From Hormiphora californensis (Eukaryota > Animalia > Ctenophora), in the NCBI GenBank assembly GCA_020137815.1, contig CM035351.1:1674001-1738000 (forward strand): a DNA stretch of 64,000 bases. The letters run 5' to 3'. The stretch's first letter is position 1. Each line of letters opens with the position of its first letter. Positions 1-20,900 of the stretch are shown piece by piece. The position numbers and the translations under genes are program-made. The notes below the pieces were generated by a model, which searched no databases, was not told the origin of the DNA, and saw only the letters and a program-made list of their open reading frames with translations.

Positions 1-9481
<9,481 letters not shown>

Positions 9482-9513
9482 CTTGCTGACTATTAGGGGA
9501 TGGAAAGGTAATA

Positions 9514-10178
9514 GGGTAGCGACTGGCTATTTGAAATGGCGGCTAATTTGAAACACCCCCTCTACAGGCCAGCAGGTGCACCAGATTTGGATTTTTCCCT
9601 GCCCGGGTGAATGCCTTCGGCATTCACCCGGATGCCTTTTTACTTTGTAAAAAGGCATAGCAGGGTTAGAATTCGAAAACGACATTTTGGTATACCAACT
9701 AATCGGTAGAGGGACCATTTTGGTCACACTTTCGTTGCGAGGGGCAACCTCGCGGCGCGCGCGATCTGACACTTGCGGAGTAACATGCGCGCGCGCAAAC
9801 AATTGAAATTTTATGAGGGGCGCACGGCTATAAACTGTAACGGGCGGCAAAATTTGTTTTATATCGGCTGCACGTTTTGATCGGGGAAAATGGAGAAATT
9901 GAAAAATCTGTTCTGCGTTTTGTTCAAAAATTCGAAAAACACAAATCCCCATTTTGCGGACAGCTTACTCGTTGGGCGAGTTGAATGGCAAATCGAAGAG
10001 GGCAGGGAAACGTAGCATTATGGATACATAATGCAAATAATTCTTGTTAGACATCAGTGGGCTTGGCATGAGTTTTGACTAGCCCACTGATGTCTAAAAA
10101 TCCAAATCTGGTGCACCTGCTGGCCTGTAGAGGTGGTGTTTCAAATTAGCCGCCATTTCAAATAGCCAGTCGCTACCC
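9514..10178. mobile_element. 665-bp MITE with ~85-bp TIRs between two divergent genes
   Basis: GGGTAGCGACTGGCTATTTGAAATGGCGGC...GGATTTTT is inverted at ~10096-10178; TA on both flanks; internal hairpins at 9602-9631 and 10047-10097. Confidence 0.9.
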
Positions 10179-10346
10179 TATACTTATATCAACAACATGT
10201 ATTAGGGTGTTTGTTTGCACATCTGTCTGTCTGAAATCTGCAAGTTTACATGGAAGATCTGAGTGAGTGTGTGTGAGCTACGCTAGCACACTGTACTAGA
10301 GAGAAGTAGACATTGTAGAGAGTGGTAGACAGTCTCTCTTTCCAAC

Positions 10347-13300
10347 ATGTTTCGTTATCTCCTTCTTCTTCTCGTCTTCCTGCCAGGTAACATTGTCATT
10401 CTTTATTACTTTTAACTGTCCCAATTTGTCACTGTTGTGTTATCGTATTCTCTCTCGCATCTTTGTCTTGTTTGTCTTGTTCCACCACCAACTGTGTCCA
10501 TCGTTATACCGTGTCCGCCAGGTGCGGTGAGGTGTGGGGACCTGATCAGTTACTGGAGGTTGGACAGCGAGGTTCTGACTCTAAAGGACCATGTCAGGGA
10601 GGCTAACTGCAGTGGGTACTACCAAACATTCGTCCTGCGACCCTTCCCCAGTACCTATCTATCCAACGAGAAGAAGTCTTTCATTGAGGTAAGAAGGGAG
10701 TTGTCTCTCAAAATAGTGTCCTGGTAAGTTGTCTAATCGGCTCTCTCCTCGTGCGGCGTGACGATTGAGAGATACTGACGTACGATTCACCTTGCCCTCT
10801 CTCTCCTGCTGACTTTGAATGATGGATCGTTGTTATTTCGTTGCAGACAAACTCAGAGATAGCAATGACTAATGCCAACTTTACGATTATCTTGGACCTA
10901 AAGATAGCCGATACAGATGCGGGATACATTCTACAGTGGGAGAACTACTACTTCAAGTTCGCCATTTATCAATTAGACTCGCAGTTGCTACAGTTTATCT
11001 GGATAGACAAAGGTTAGACTAACGATCAGTATGTAATGTCAAACAGTTTGTTTTATAAGCAGGATTAACTAGTAAGGACCGACTAAGGTGATACCAAACT
11101 AAACCAACCCAATATGAGTGATCCCGACTACTGTTCTTCAGGCGGTGAGCGAGTGAAGGTGACGGAAGAAAAGGTAGAATGGTTGGATCACAGTAGGATC
11201 TCAATAACGTATGATAGGAAGGATATCTCCCTGTACATCAACGAGATACTGACATACACCACCACCATAGAACGTAATGAGCATCACAATATCTTCTAAC
11301 TAATGCATCTTTACAACCTGATGAGCTTCTTTTTTTCTGAGTGTTTTAATTCGAGCCTGGCTACTACCTTCACAACTCAATTTTAACTTTCGTCTTGCCT
11401 CTGAATGCTATCTTCAAATTTAACTAATTCTCTCTCCCTTCCTGCAGTTCCCAGGACTCTGACCAATACGGACTACAAGTTCCAGCTGGGTCAGAATACT
11501 GAGTGTTACATTAAGTCGTGTGCACTGTTTGATAAGGTCCTGAATCTGGCGGAAAGGAACTCTGAGACAACACGTCTAGATAAAGGTAAGGGGGAAGCTA
11601 TTATCTAGAAGGGTTAGTAACACTGTTACTTTGATTAAAACTTAGTTTGATAAGAGTTGAAAAAGTTACCAAGCTGGGCAAATTCATTTAAACACCAGGT
11701 TGTTCGGGGAAGTTGAAGATCAATGGGATGGAGGTACCTGGAAACCAGTACGCAGTGTACCGACAGTGCATGCAGGGAGGCTTCCTAGAGTACCTTTGTA
11801 AATACGATGATGATAAGAGCTGGTGGCAGGGATCTGGACCTAATCCTTGTGATTTTAGTGGTACGTCCGAGAGTTAATTATTAACAGATTAAGTGGCTCA
11901 TGTGACTGTAACAATCAGTTATTAGTAGAGAGAGTTCATGTCCTTGTTAGAATCAGCCGTTGCCATAGCTACAAGAACGATTTAAATCTTATTCAGGGAT
12001 CTATGCGCCGGACCGGGCTGTTAGGGTGGGTAATGATGTTGTATTGATTGGGAACAGAGAGAACTCGACAATTGATCATCAAAGTGTGTCCTGGTATTTC
12101 CCAAACGGTACCAAGATTGTCAGTGATAATGACAAGTATGTGATAACATATGGAAATGAGATCTCAGAGAGGAACCTAGATTGGACCCAGCTGCTGATAA
12201 AAGACACCACGTATCAAGATGAGCTGGTCTATAGGGTGGAATTTGCTTTTAGTTCCGGTGTAAAACTAACGGAATACGTCAAGCTGGATGTCGTAGGTAG
12301 GACTCTCGACTTCCACATCACCTTTCTGTCCAACTCACCCTTAGAATCATTAATTCCTGAACCAGATAGTAAAATGTAACACTTCCCCACAGAGGTAGTG
12401 TTTCCGAATCCTCCTTGTAAAACATAATACTTCCCCCTCCCCACAGAGGCAGTGTTTCCGAACCAGATAGTAACACAAGATACCAACATGTCGGTTAGCT
12501 ACCGAGTTTGGAACAATGCGGACGAGGTCACTAAAGCTAACTGGGTGGTGTCTGATGAGGATCTGTTTGTGTCAACAGAAGATACAACCGTGTTAGGAAC
12601 CTCGGTTTCAACAAAGGATAATAAAAGTAACGGAACGAGAGTCGTTTACACGTTCTTTGATACAACGTCAAGAGTCAAAGAACCCGTCTACAAATCAGGT
12701 ATCAAATTTACTGGGTTACCTTGCTCAACCCTACTTCCGCACGTTTGAACCAAACAAAACACTGGGCTAACTCAAGAAGTACAGCTCAGTAAATCTATGT
12801 ACAATATGTAGAGGGCAGTATGCAGTAGGGGCTGGTGGTCATTAGTGAAACACAAGTCATTCGATACCCGATACGTGTTATGTGTCGAGGGGCAGCTCGA
12901 TGTAGTATCTATGTAGGAGCAGAATCTTGGATGTCAATTACCTAAGTACACAAGTTTCCAGCTCTAGAAACAAGCAATAATTTCAGTTACAATAACGAGA
13001 GTATCTAATGGGACAGAATTCATAGGATGTAGGATCGAGGGTCTAATTGAGGAACCCATTTGTGCTCAGTGGTTCGACACTGCTGGAATCTGTATCGACC
13101 AGGTGAGAAAAATAGTATATTATCTAGTGAAGTACACTAGTGAAGACGCCTTAAAATTCCAGAAGTGAGAATTGAACAACTTCATTTCAGGATGATCAGG
13201 AGACTGTGAGTGGAATCACAACCACCTACCTCAACATTACTGAAAGGGACGACACAGTGTTCTACTGCAACTTTACCATAAACCCCAACTCCATCTCTAC

Positions 13301-16300
13301 AAACAAACTGAAACTAACGGGTAAGCTGTACACACCTTCCAATTCCTCCAAAAGAGGGAATGGGAAAACATATTGCTGCAGCTTTATGATAGTCCTTCCC
13401 CCTTTCTTAGAGGTTGAGCACAGCTTGAGATCGAGGATATTGTACGAATCGAGTGAGAGAGTGATCAGGGCGGATTATGATACAGATCGGAATCTAACGT
13501 TCTACTTGAATGGGTTTACTGAAGATGGCAAGATTGGGGCCCAGATGTACCTCGGTTACAACAACTCAAACCTTTACTCGAATGCTACCATCGACTTTGT
13601 AGGTACGTGACAAATGGTCTCTCTCTCAACAAAGGAGTGTTAAAACTTTACAGTGCAACATATTGGTCCAAATGCTTGTGCAAGCTTTATCAAATAACCT
13701 AAAATGTCAGTATAACAAGATAAGTAAAAGCATATGGCTCAGATTTCAATAGATCTAACCAGTTGTTCCAAACCTTCCTAGAGATAAGAGGAAAATCAAA
13801 AGGTTTGCTGCGCCAGAGTTTTCTGGGCTGTATGCTACATGATATAACCCTAAGCACTACAATTGCATCTAAAGTGCTGTGGAGAAACAGATATGGGCAA
13901 CAAGTTGTAAACAATGCCACTCACAAATACGTCTACGGTAAGAATCATCTCTTTAGAGAGACAGCATGTCTGAGATAACGAGTTACTTCCGGTTAGCAAA
14001 CAATAGGGGAAGCAGTTAAGAATGTAGACTCTGAATCAAGAACACCAATTACAGGTCTCACTGTAACCATGGTAACATTTCAGATTTGACTTCTCCAGAA
14101 TGGTATTCAACCAATCTGACAATTGATAACCTCTACCAACAAGACTACACCTGCAGGTTCTACTTTGATCCCTTGGTCTACATTGAGCTAACCCAAACTG
14201 CTAATGTTGGTAAGTAACTTTTAGACTATATCTGGATAAAATACAGCTAGCTAGAAGATGGCACATTGAACCTCCCATATGAGCTGTTGAAATTTGTGAT
14301 TTCTTTCTCTCCTCTTTCAAAGTGCCATCTTCTAGCTCCGTCCTTGTTGGGAGTGGCACCTGGAAGAGGAGAGAAAGCGTTGTGTGAAGATTCAACTACA
14401 ACGTTTTCCCTCTTCTTTCAGGCTGGTGGGCTCTCCTTCTTGGGACCTTTACCCTGGGAGTACTGACTTACATTGCCGCTGTCTTGATTGTGCTGTACAT
14501 GAAACTACGTATCAGAGGACCGTATTACTCTGATGAGCCAGCTTTGACAGACGTCAATGTCACATCATTTACCAGTGGATCTCATGTTGATAGTTCCCTG
14601 AGGGACACAGTGTCGGTAATGGACAGATTCAGGACACAGGATGAACAATCAATTGACCAGTCAATATCGCAAATTGGAACAAAAGTTGGGTCTCTAATGA
14701 ACAGATCTCTCTCCAACTCCTCCCCGAGGTCTGATACCCAGGCTAGGACACTATCTCAGATGATCGACGAGGATAGGAAACAAGCAGCGTTCCTCCCCCA
14801 GCGAACACTAAAAGACCGAGTTTATGATTTCTTCAGGAAGTCTGTGGGCCGTGCCCCGGGTGATATAAGCCCCGAGGGTGTGGAACGTTCCGACATGTTA
14901 TCGGATGTTCCAGGAGGTATTTCATCAGCTAGCCAGGGTCTCCGACAGAGGAAGATCAACACTGTTCGACTCAGTAGCATCGGGAGGAGTGAAAACTGGA
15001 ATAGCAACACGACCACCAACTGTAACAGACAGAAGTAACATCTCACTGAGCTCACAAGAGCTGTCTTCATTTAGCGCTGTTACAGCAGCACCAAAATCAA
15101 CTGCAACAGCACCTGGTGGAGGGGAATATGATGTGTTAGACCCCTCAGAGGTATACGATGTTGTCCAGCCTACCAGTACCGCAGCTGATCAATCTCATGA
15201 TGGGGACATCTGTACAGGCCAGTCTAGGCGAGTTCTGAAGACAGAGACTACACTGCCATCAGTGAGGGTCCTGTGTATGACACGATCACCCCAGGACTCA
15301 TCAAGTCCACGCTGAAGGACACCACTCAGGGAGGAATGAGCGCCAAGGATCTGAGGAACAACCTGGCTGCGTTGAGGGGAACAGAACCAGCTCCCACAAG
15401 AGGTGGATCAGGAGGGGTAACTTACGACTTCCTGACAGAGAATGATGTCCGGTCCATAATCTCCAAGATATCGGACTATTCAGAGATTCACCCTGAGGAT
15501 TCCGTTAGTCAGGTAGGAGCTTATCAGACCTTCCAAGCGAAGAGATCGAGAACAGAAACACCTGTCACCAAAGCACCTGCCACTGTACAGGAGGAGGAAG
15601 AAGAGCTGAAATCAATTTACAAATCTATCAGTGCTTACAGTCCTAAACCCACAGAAGAAGAAGAGGAAGAGGAAGGGCCAGCGAGGGTATACCAACCGCT
15701 CTCATCCGCCTCTGCTAAATCAAGGGTCAGTTTCCACTTGGGACCTGATCACGATGAGACTAAGTACTCGCTGGGATCCAATATGAGCAGAATGAGAAGG
15801 AAAAATAAACAGCAACAAGCCAGCAAAGCTTCCTCTAAAAAAGCAGCTAGCAAAGCAGCAAGTAAAGCAGCAAGTAAGGCGGCAAGTAAAGCGGCAAGCA
15901 AAGCGGCAAGCAAAGCGGCTAGTATGGTATCTGATAAGGCAGCAAGTATGACACCCAGTGACCCAGGAGATCGGAATTCCAGTTTGATGTATAGTAAACC
16001 AGTTAAGAAAGTGGAATCAGAAGTATCTAGCCAGGAAACACCTTCAACTGTGAGAAGAGCAACTTCACAACACAGCACCCTGGCTCCCTCTTTCCACAGT
16101 TATCAGCCTACTGAGTCAACGCTTAGAGCCGAATCTCAAGTGGTCTCTGAACCTGGATCTTCACTTGGGTCCGTCAAGTCGAGGATTGCTCAATTTGAAC
16201 AAACAGCTTCAGAACAACCTGCAACAGTTGATAGACTGCAGAGGAGCGTGTCAAACGAATCTGTTGTTCATCCTTCAATTATTCCAACGGAAGAATCAAT

Positions 16301-17855
16301 TTACGATCAGATTTATTCTTCTCAACCTCCTGAGGAAGAAGTTCACGAATCTTCGAAATTGTCGACCAAACAATCTTCTCGAAAGAGTAGCAAGAAATCT
16401 AAATCTTCCAAGTCATCCAGGAAGTCATCCAAGAAACAGGATGAAGTGGAGTACAGTCTGGAAGATGATGAGACTTATGACATTCCAGCACAGGAATCGT
16501 CAACGAAAGATACAAGTACCAAACGATCAGTTGAACATAAATCTCGCTCATCACGGTCAAAATATTCAAAACCTTCCACATCAGATATCAATTCTCCTGA
16601 ACAAGAACCAGAATCGTCAACAAGAGAATCAAAATCAGAAGACCGTGTTTACAAACCACAATCAGCGGAGGCCCCAACTAGCAAAACCTACAGCTCCCTT
16701 CACACATCAGAAAAGTCAGAGGGGGCAAAGAGCAAATCTAGTAAAGTACAATCTACTAGCAGCAGCCACAAAGACGTTACTAGAGAAAAGTCTCCCTCCG
16801 CTACAGTTGACCCCACCACTACCCAGATCCCTACTGAACCTATCACTATTGACAAGGATCCCAAAACGACTGAAGAACCAGCTTATAGCTTGGGAAAAGT
16901 ACCGGAGTACAATATAGACGAGCAGGATGAAGAGGTTGTTGAACCAGAGCCACCAGTGAAGAAAGAGGGCAAGTTTGCCAAGTTCCAACGTCTGATGCGA
17001 CCATCGGAGAAACCTAAACCGGCTGTGGAACCAGAGGAATCGTCAGAAGAATCATTGGAAGATGATGAAGAGTCGTCAGAAGATGAATTGTATGATGTCA
17101 TAAAGACCACAGAGCCAGATGAAGAGAGCAGTGAAGGAGAAGAAGAGAAGGCACCAGAAAAACCGGGGAAGAAACCTGGACTTGCAAAACAGCTCTTTGG
17201 AAAGTTCAAAAAGACACCAAAGCAGCCTTCAAAACCAGCGGATGCAATAGAGCCTGATCAAGAGGAGGAACCAGAAACCACAGAACAACAAACAACGGAA
17301 AAACCATCCAAGAAGTTCCGCACTCTCGGATCCTTCGTGGGCAGTGAACCTGTCCTTTACAGCGAGACATCCTCCTCGGAGCTGAGTGAGAGTTCTTACA
17401 ATGACGATGATTACAGTTACTACTTCTCAGACTCAACTGTTGCAGCGTTGATGAAGGAGCAACCCGGAGAGACCAAGTTCGATACTCCCTCCACGGCAGA
17501 GCAGGATGTCGTCTGGCCTGAAGATGAGCCATCTCCCACTTACTCCTCATCCTCTTCCCGATCTAGCGAGTCTACACGAACCTCCAGCGAGTCGGCATCG
17601 TCCTCGAGAACTTCCTCATCACGTACCTCCTCCTCCAGCTACACCGTGACAAGTAGCAGCAGCAGCACGGAATCCTCCACAGATGTCCCTGATGATAGGA
17701 CATCAGTGGTGTCCGGACAGACCCTGACATCAATCACTAGCGTGGAATATGGAATAGATAGTAGAGCCACCGGACTGACAATTAGTACTGAGACTGAGAG
17801 TGAATCTGATAGTGAGAGTGATACTTACTATAGTCCAAGAAGAGCCAAGCGGTAG
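10347..17855 (+). CDS. Type I membrane receptor, module/isoform A: signal peptide-LamG/pentraxin-like-CCP(sushi)-like-~5 Ig-like-TM-~1100-aa disordered Tyr-motif tail
   Basis: Exons 10347-10386 (MFRYLLLLLVFLP), 10522-10688 (LISYWRLD), 10847-11012, 11142-11273, 11448-11585, 11699-11860 (4-Cys CCP-like), 11997-12296, 12447-12698, 12987-13102, 13191-13320, 13411-13602, 13782-13937, 14084-14209, and terminal exon 14422-17855 (TM WWALLLGTFTLGVLTYIAAVLIVLY). Splice phases are consistent. Apparent frameshifts lie between ~14930 and ~15230. Confidence 0.8.
15818..15945 (+). repeat. Coding 12-bp repeat encoding (SKAA)n in tail A
   Basis: SKASSKKAASKAASKAASKAASKAASKAASKAASM with synonymous variation among units. 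Confidence 0.85.
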
Positions 17856-17978
17856 AATTATTTGAATTAGTTTTTTAACCTTTTGACCCTGGTGTTCACT
17901 GTTCAGCAATTAATTAGAAACAAACATCAGTGTATTATTTTCGGTGTACCAAAAATATCTATCTAACCTATTACCTAG

Positions 17979-20900
17979 CCGACAACCCAAGTCTGATTGG
18001 GTTCTGGAAGTTTAATGAGGACTCAGTGCTTATAAACTGGGCTGGAAATATTGATATTAACAAAGTTGCCGCAACCTCAAAACGACGCCGACGACGTTCA
18101 ACTGACTCCACACCTGAATACACGGTAAGTGAAATTGACTCATTCAACTGTCAATTTGCAAAATGTTTCAGGATAAAGGCGAACTTACTAATTTCAGACC
18201 ACGCAAGACATGCCACTGAGTGATACACAGTTCACCCTTGTGTTCGGGTTTACAGCTCCTTTGGCTGGCACAGGGGAGTTAGTAACCTGGGACAGTTACT
18301 ACTTTTCTCTAAACATCTCACTGGACAACAAGGGATCATTAACCTGGGGTTATAAAGATGCGGGAGTGGAAGGAAGTGGGAGTGTGCCCATCCCGGACAA
18401 CCTGAACCTTCTTGCTATTTCTTATGACAGAGAAACATTCAGGGGCTACAATCTGGAAACGTTAGCTAGCGTATGGACGCACACATTCACAGGTAAAAGT
18501 AATTGTTATCAGTACTTTCTAAGTCTAACAAACAGTAATTGTGAAATTCAAATAAGAGACATACCTACAAGTTGAAAAAGTATCATTTTTCAGGTTCATC
18601 CCTTGCAAACTACAACGATAATAACCAGCTTCTGAAGATTGGCCTCTTGACCGGTACTAGAGTCAGTGAGGTTTATATTTTCGATACGGTACAATCGACA
18701 ACTCGGGACACCATCACCAGACTAAATGAAGGTAAGAACGAGTTATTCATTGGTAGAAGTAAAGTTTCATCTATGTTGTCGTTATGATAATAATTCGTAT
18801 TTAGGTTGTTCGTTATTATCATATGACGGCGTTGTGATCTCTACCAGCAAGGAGACAGTTCTGGTAAACTGCAACAATGGGGAGGTAGTGAATGCCACGT
18901 GCAAGTATAATGACACTGCATCTTACTGGGATGGACAGTTACCCAACAGTTGTGATATCAGTGGTAAGTAAGGAAATGGGACGGTAAATCAGGGTAAATG
19001 GATAGTATACTTGACAATTTCCAAGCAAAGAAAATTGGGGAGAAAGAGATAGCTATGCCCACAAAGAAATCTAAGTTTAACACCAAAGATTTCAGTGGTA
19101 TATGGATCAGTAAGTGCGGCTCTGACTGGAAGCTCAACAACCCTCACATGCACTAGACGTAACGCTACTGTTACCGTGACTGGAACTAACTGGAAACTAC
19201 CCAACGGTATAAGACTCTCTCTCCGTCCTTTGCACTAGTTTTGTTATAATGTGGTTACAAATGGTAAATCAAAATGATGAACAAATTTTTTCCAGGAACT
19301 GAAATAAACTTTGAAACCGTTGATGTAATTGATGGGAACAAAGAGCAAAAGGCAACGCTTATTTTGACTGGTCTAACAAGCAGTGACTCTGGAACATACG
19401 AGTGTAGTTTTGAGTTCGAAGAAGGAAATATCGCCGGAGAAGCTAAATTAGATGCGCTAGGTAGGTATTTAGAAAGGAAAACAATCTCAAGCATCATAAG
19501 ATTTCACCCACTTCTAATAAGTATCTTGCGTAATTTCCATGAATCAAATCTATTTCTGTACTTCAGATCTGATCGGACCGGACGTCATTGCCGTGAGGGG
19601 AGAGAGCGCAACCGTATCTTGTACCCTCTCACCGGGTCAATTTACTAAAGCCACCACTGCATACTGGCTAGATGCTACGGGCAATGCTCTACAGAAAACC
19701 AGCACAAGTACAAACATCAAGTGGGTGGTATACGAGGCAACGAAGGATGATTCCTTCACCTGTGATTACACGGTTGGAGGTGTCTCTCTGAACCACACTG
19801 TACAGCTGAATGTAGCTGGTGTAACGGTAACAAATGGTGTGTGTTCAGAGGGGGAGGGTACAGCTGTCAGTATCACCTGGAGTGAGTTACAGTACCCCAT
19901 TATCAATGTGACATGGTACAGCGAGGAGGGGATAGTTGCAGATGATACAGGACTCTATAGCTCAACTCTAACAGCTACTAATGTCAGTTTATTGGTTACC
20001 AAGGCAACACCTGGAATGCAGGGGCAGCACATGGCAGAGATCAGTTTTGGAAATGGCCAGCAAATAAACATTACATCGATTGTTGACGTCATTACGACTC
20101 CTGGGTCTGTACAACTTGTGGGAGACTCCTGGACAGAAACTAGAGTCCTGGGGCTCGTCAAGGATCTCTCTGTGTCTGTGTGGCAGGTCTATGTGACGGG
20201 ACCGTTAGGAGACAGTGACGCAGTAAGGGTGAAAGTGAGATTGAGCAAAGATTTCACAGCTGATACCGTAACAATTTTAACTCTTGACGGAGAAACTGAA
20301 CAGTTAGGTAAGTACGATTATGCTTAATATTTTTTCCAACCAATCTTTCTATTTTTTTCATCTTCACTGTGGGGCGATTGAGTGAATGAAAGTTCCAAAT
20401 ATTTAAACCAATTATGAACAGGCATTACATGTGACACAAACCTGTCGTTGGTACAATGTAAAGTGGGCACAGAGTTACAATCAGAATACATAAATGAAAT
20501 GAAATGGTTACTAGAGGACAATTCTGTGGTAGCAGAAGGAGCCAGAATTGGCTTCACTGCAACAGTCCCTAAATCTTCAAATCCAGTCTTCTTCGAGTTA
20601 AATATTGGAACTACTGAATCTTGGAGCATAGAAGGTAACATTTAGTTTTGTATCTAGACAGTGGCACTTCCAAGCTGTGATGACTAGTTGCCCTGCTCGA
20701 ACCTGTGCCCAACCCTTTAGTGATATAGGTCGAATTGCCCCAGTTTACACTTAACCCCATACTTCAAGTGACCACAATTTTAGGTGCACTGATATCCCCT
20801 GAAGTAGAGATGACAGCGGATAAAGCGTTTACCCTGCGTCACACTGGTAGTGTAACAGATCTTGTGCTAAAGGGTTACATAACATCTGATACGGTGGTAA

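Noticed and set aside
14878-15315. Programmed ribosomal frameshifting
   Set aside because: No slippery heptamer is evident, and several compensating shifts are better explained by indel errors.
15749-17550. Antisense and alternate-frame ORFs over tail A, and similar ones over the P450
   Set aside because: They are shadows of the true coding frames.
17800-17979. Splicing from the end of tail A (GTGAGA at ~17812) into module B to give a two-TM giant protein
   Set aside because: The phase is compatible, but it would put disulfide-bonded, glycosylated domains in the cytosol.
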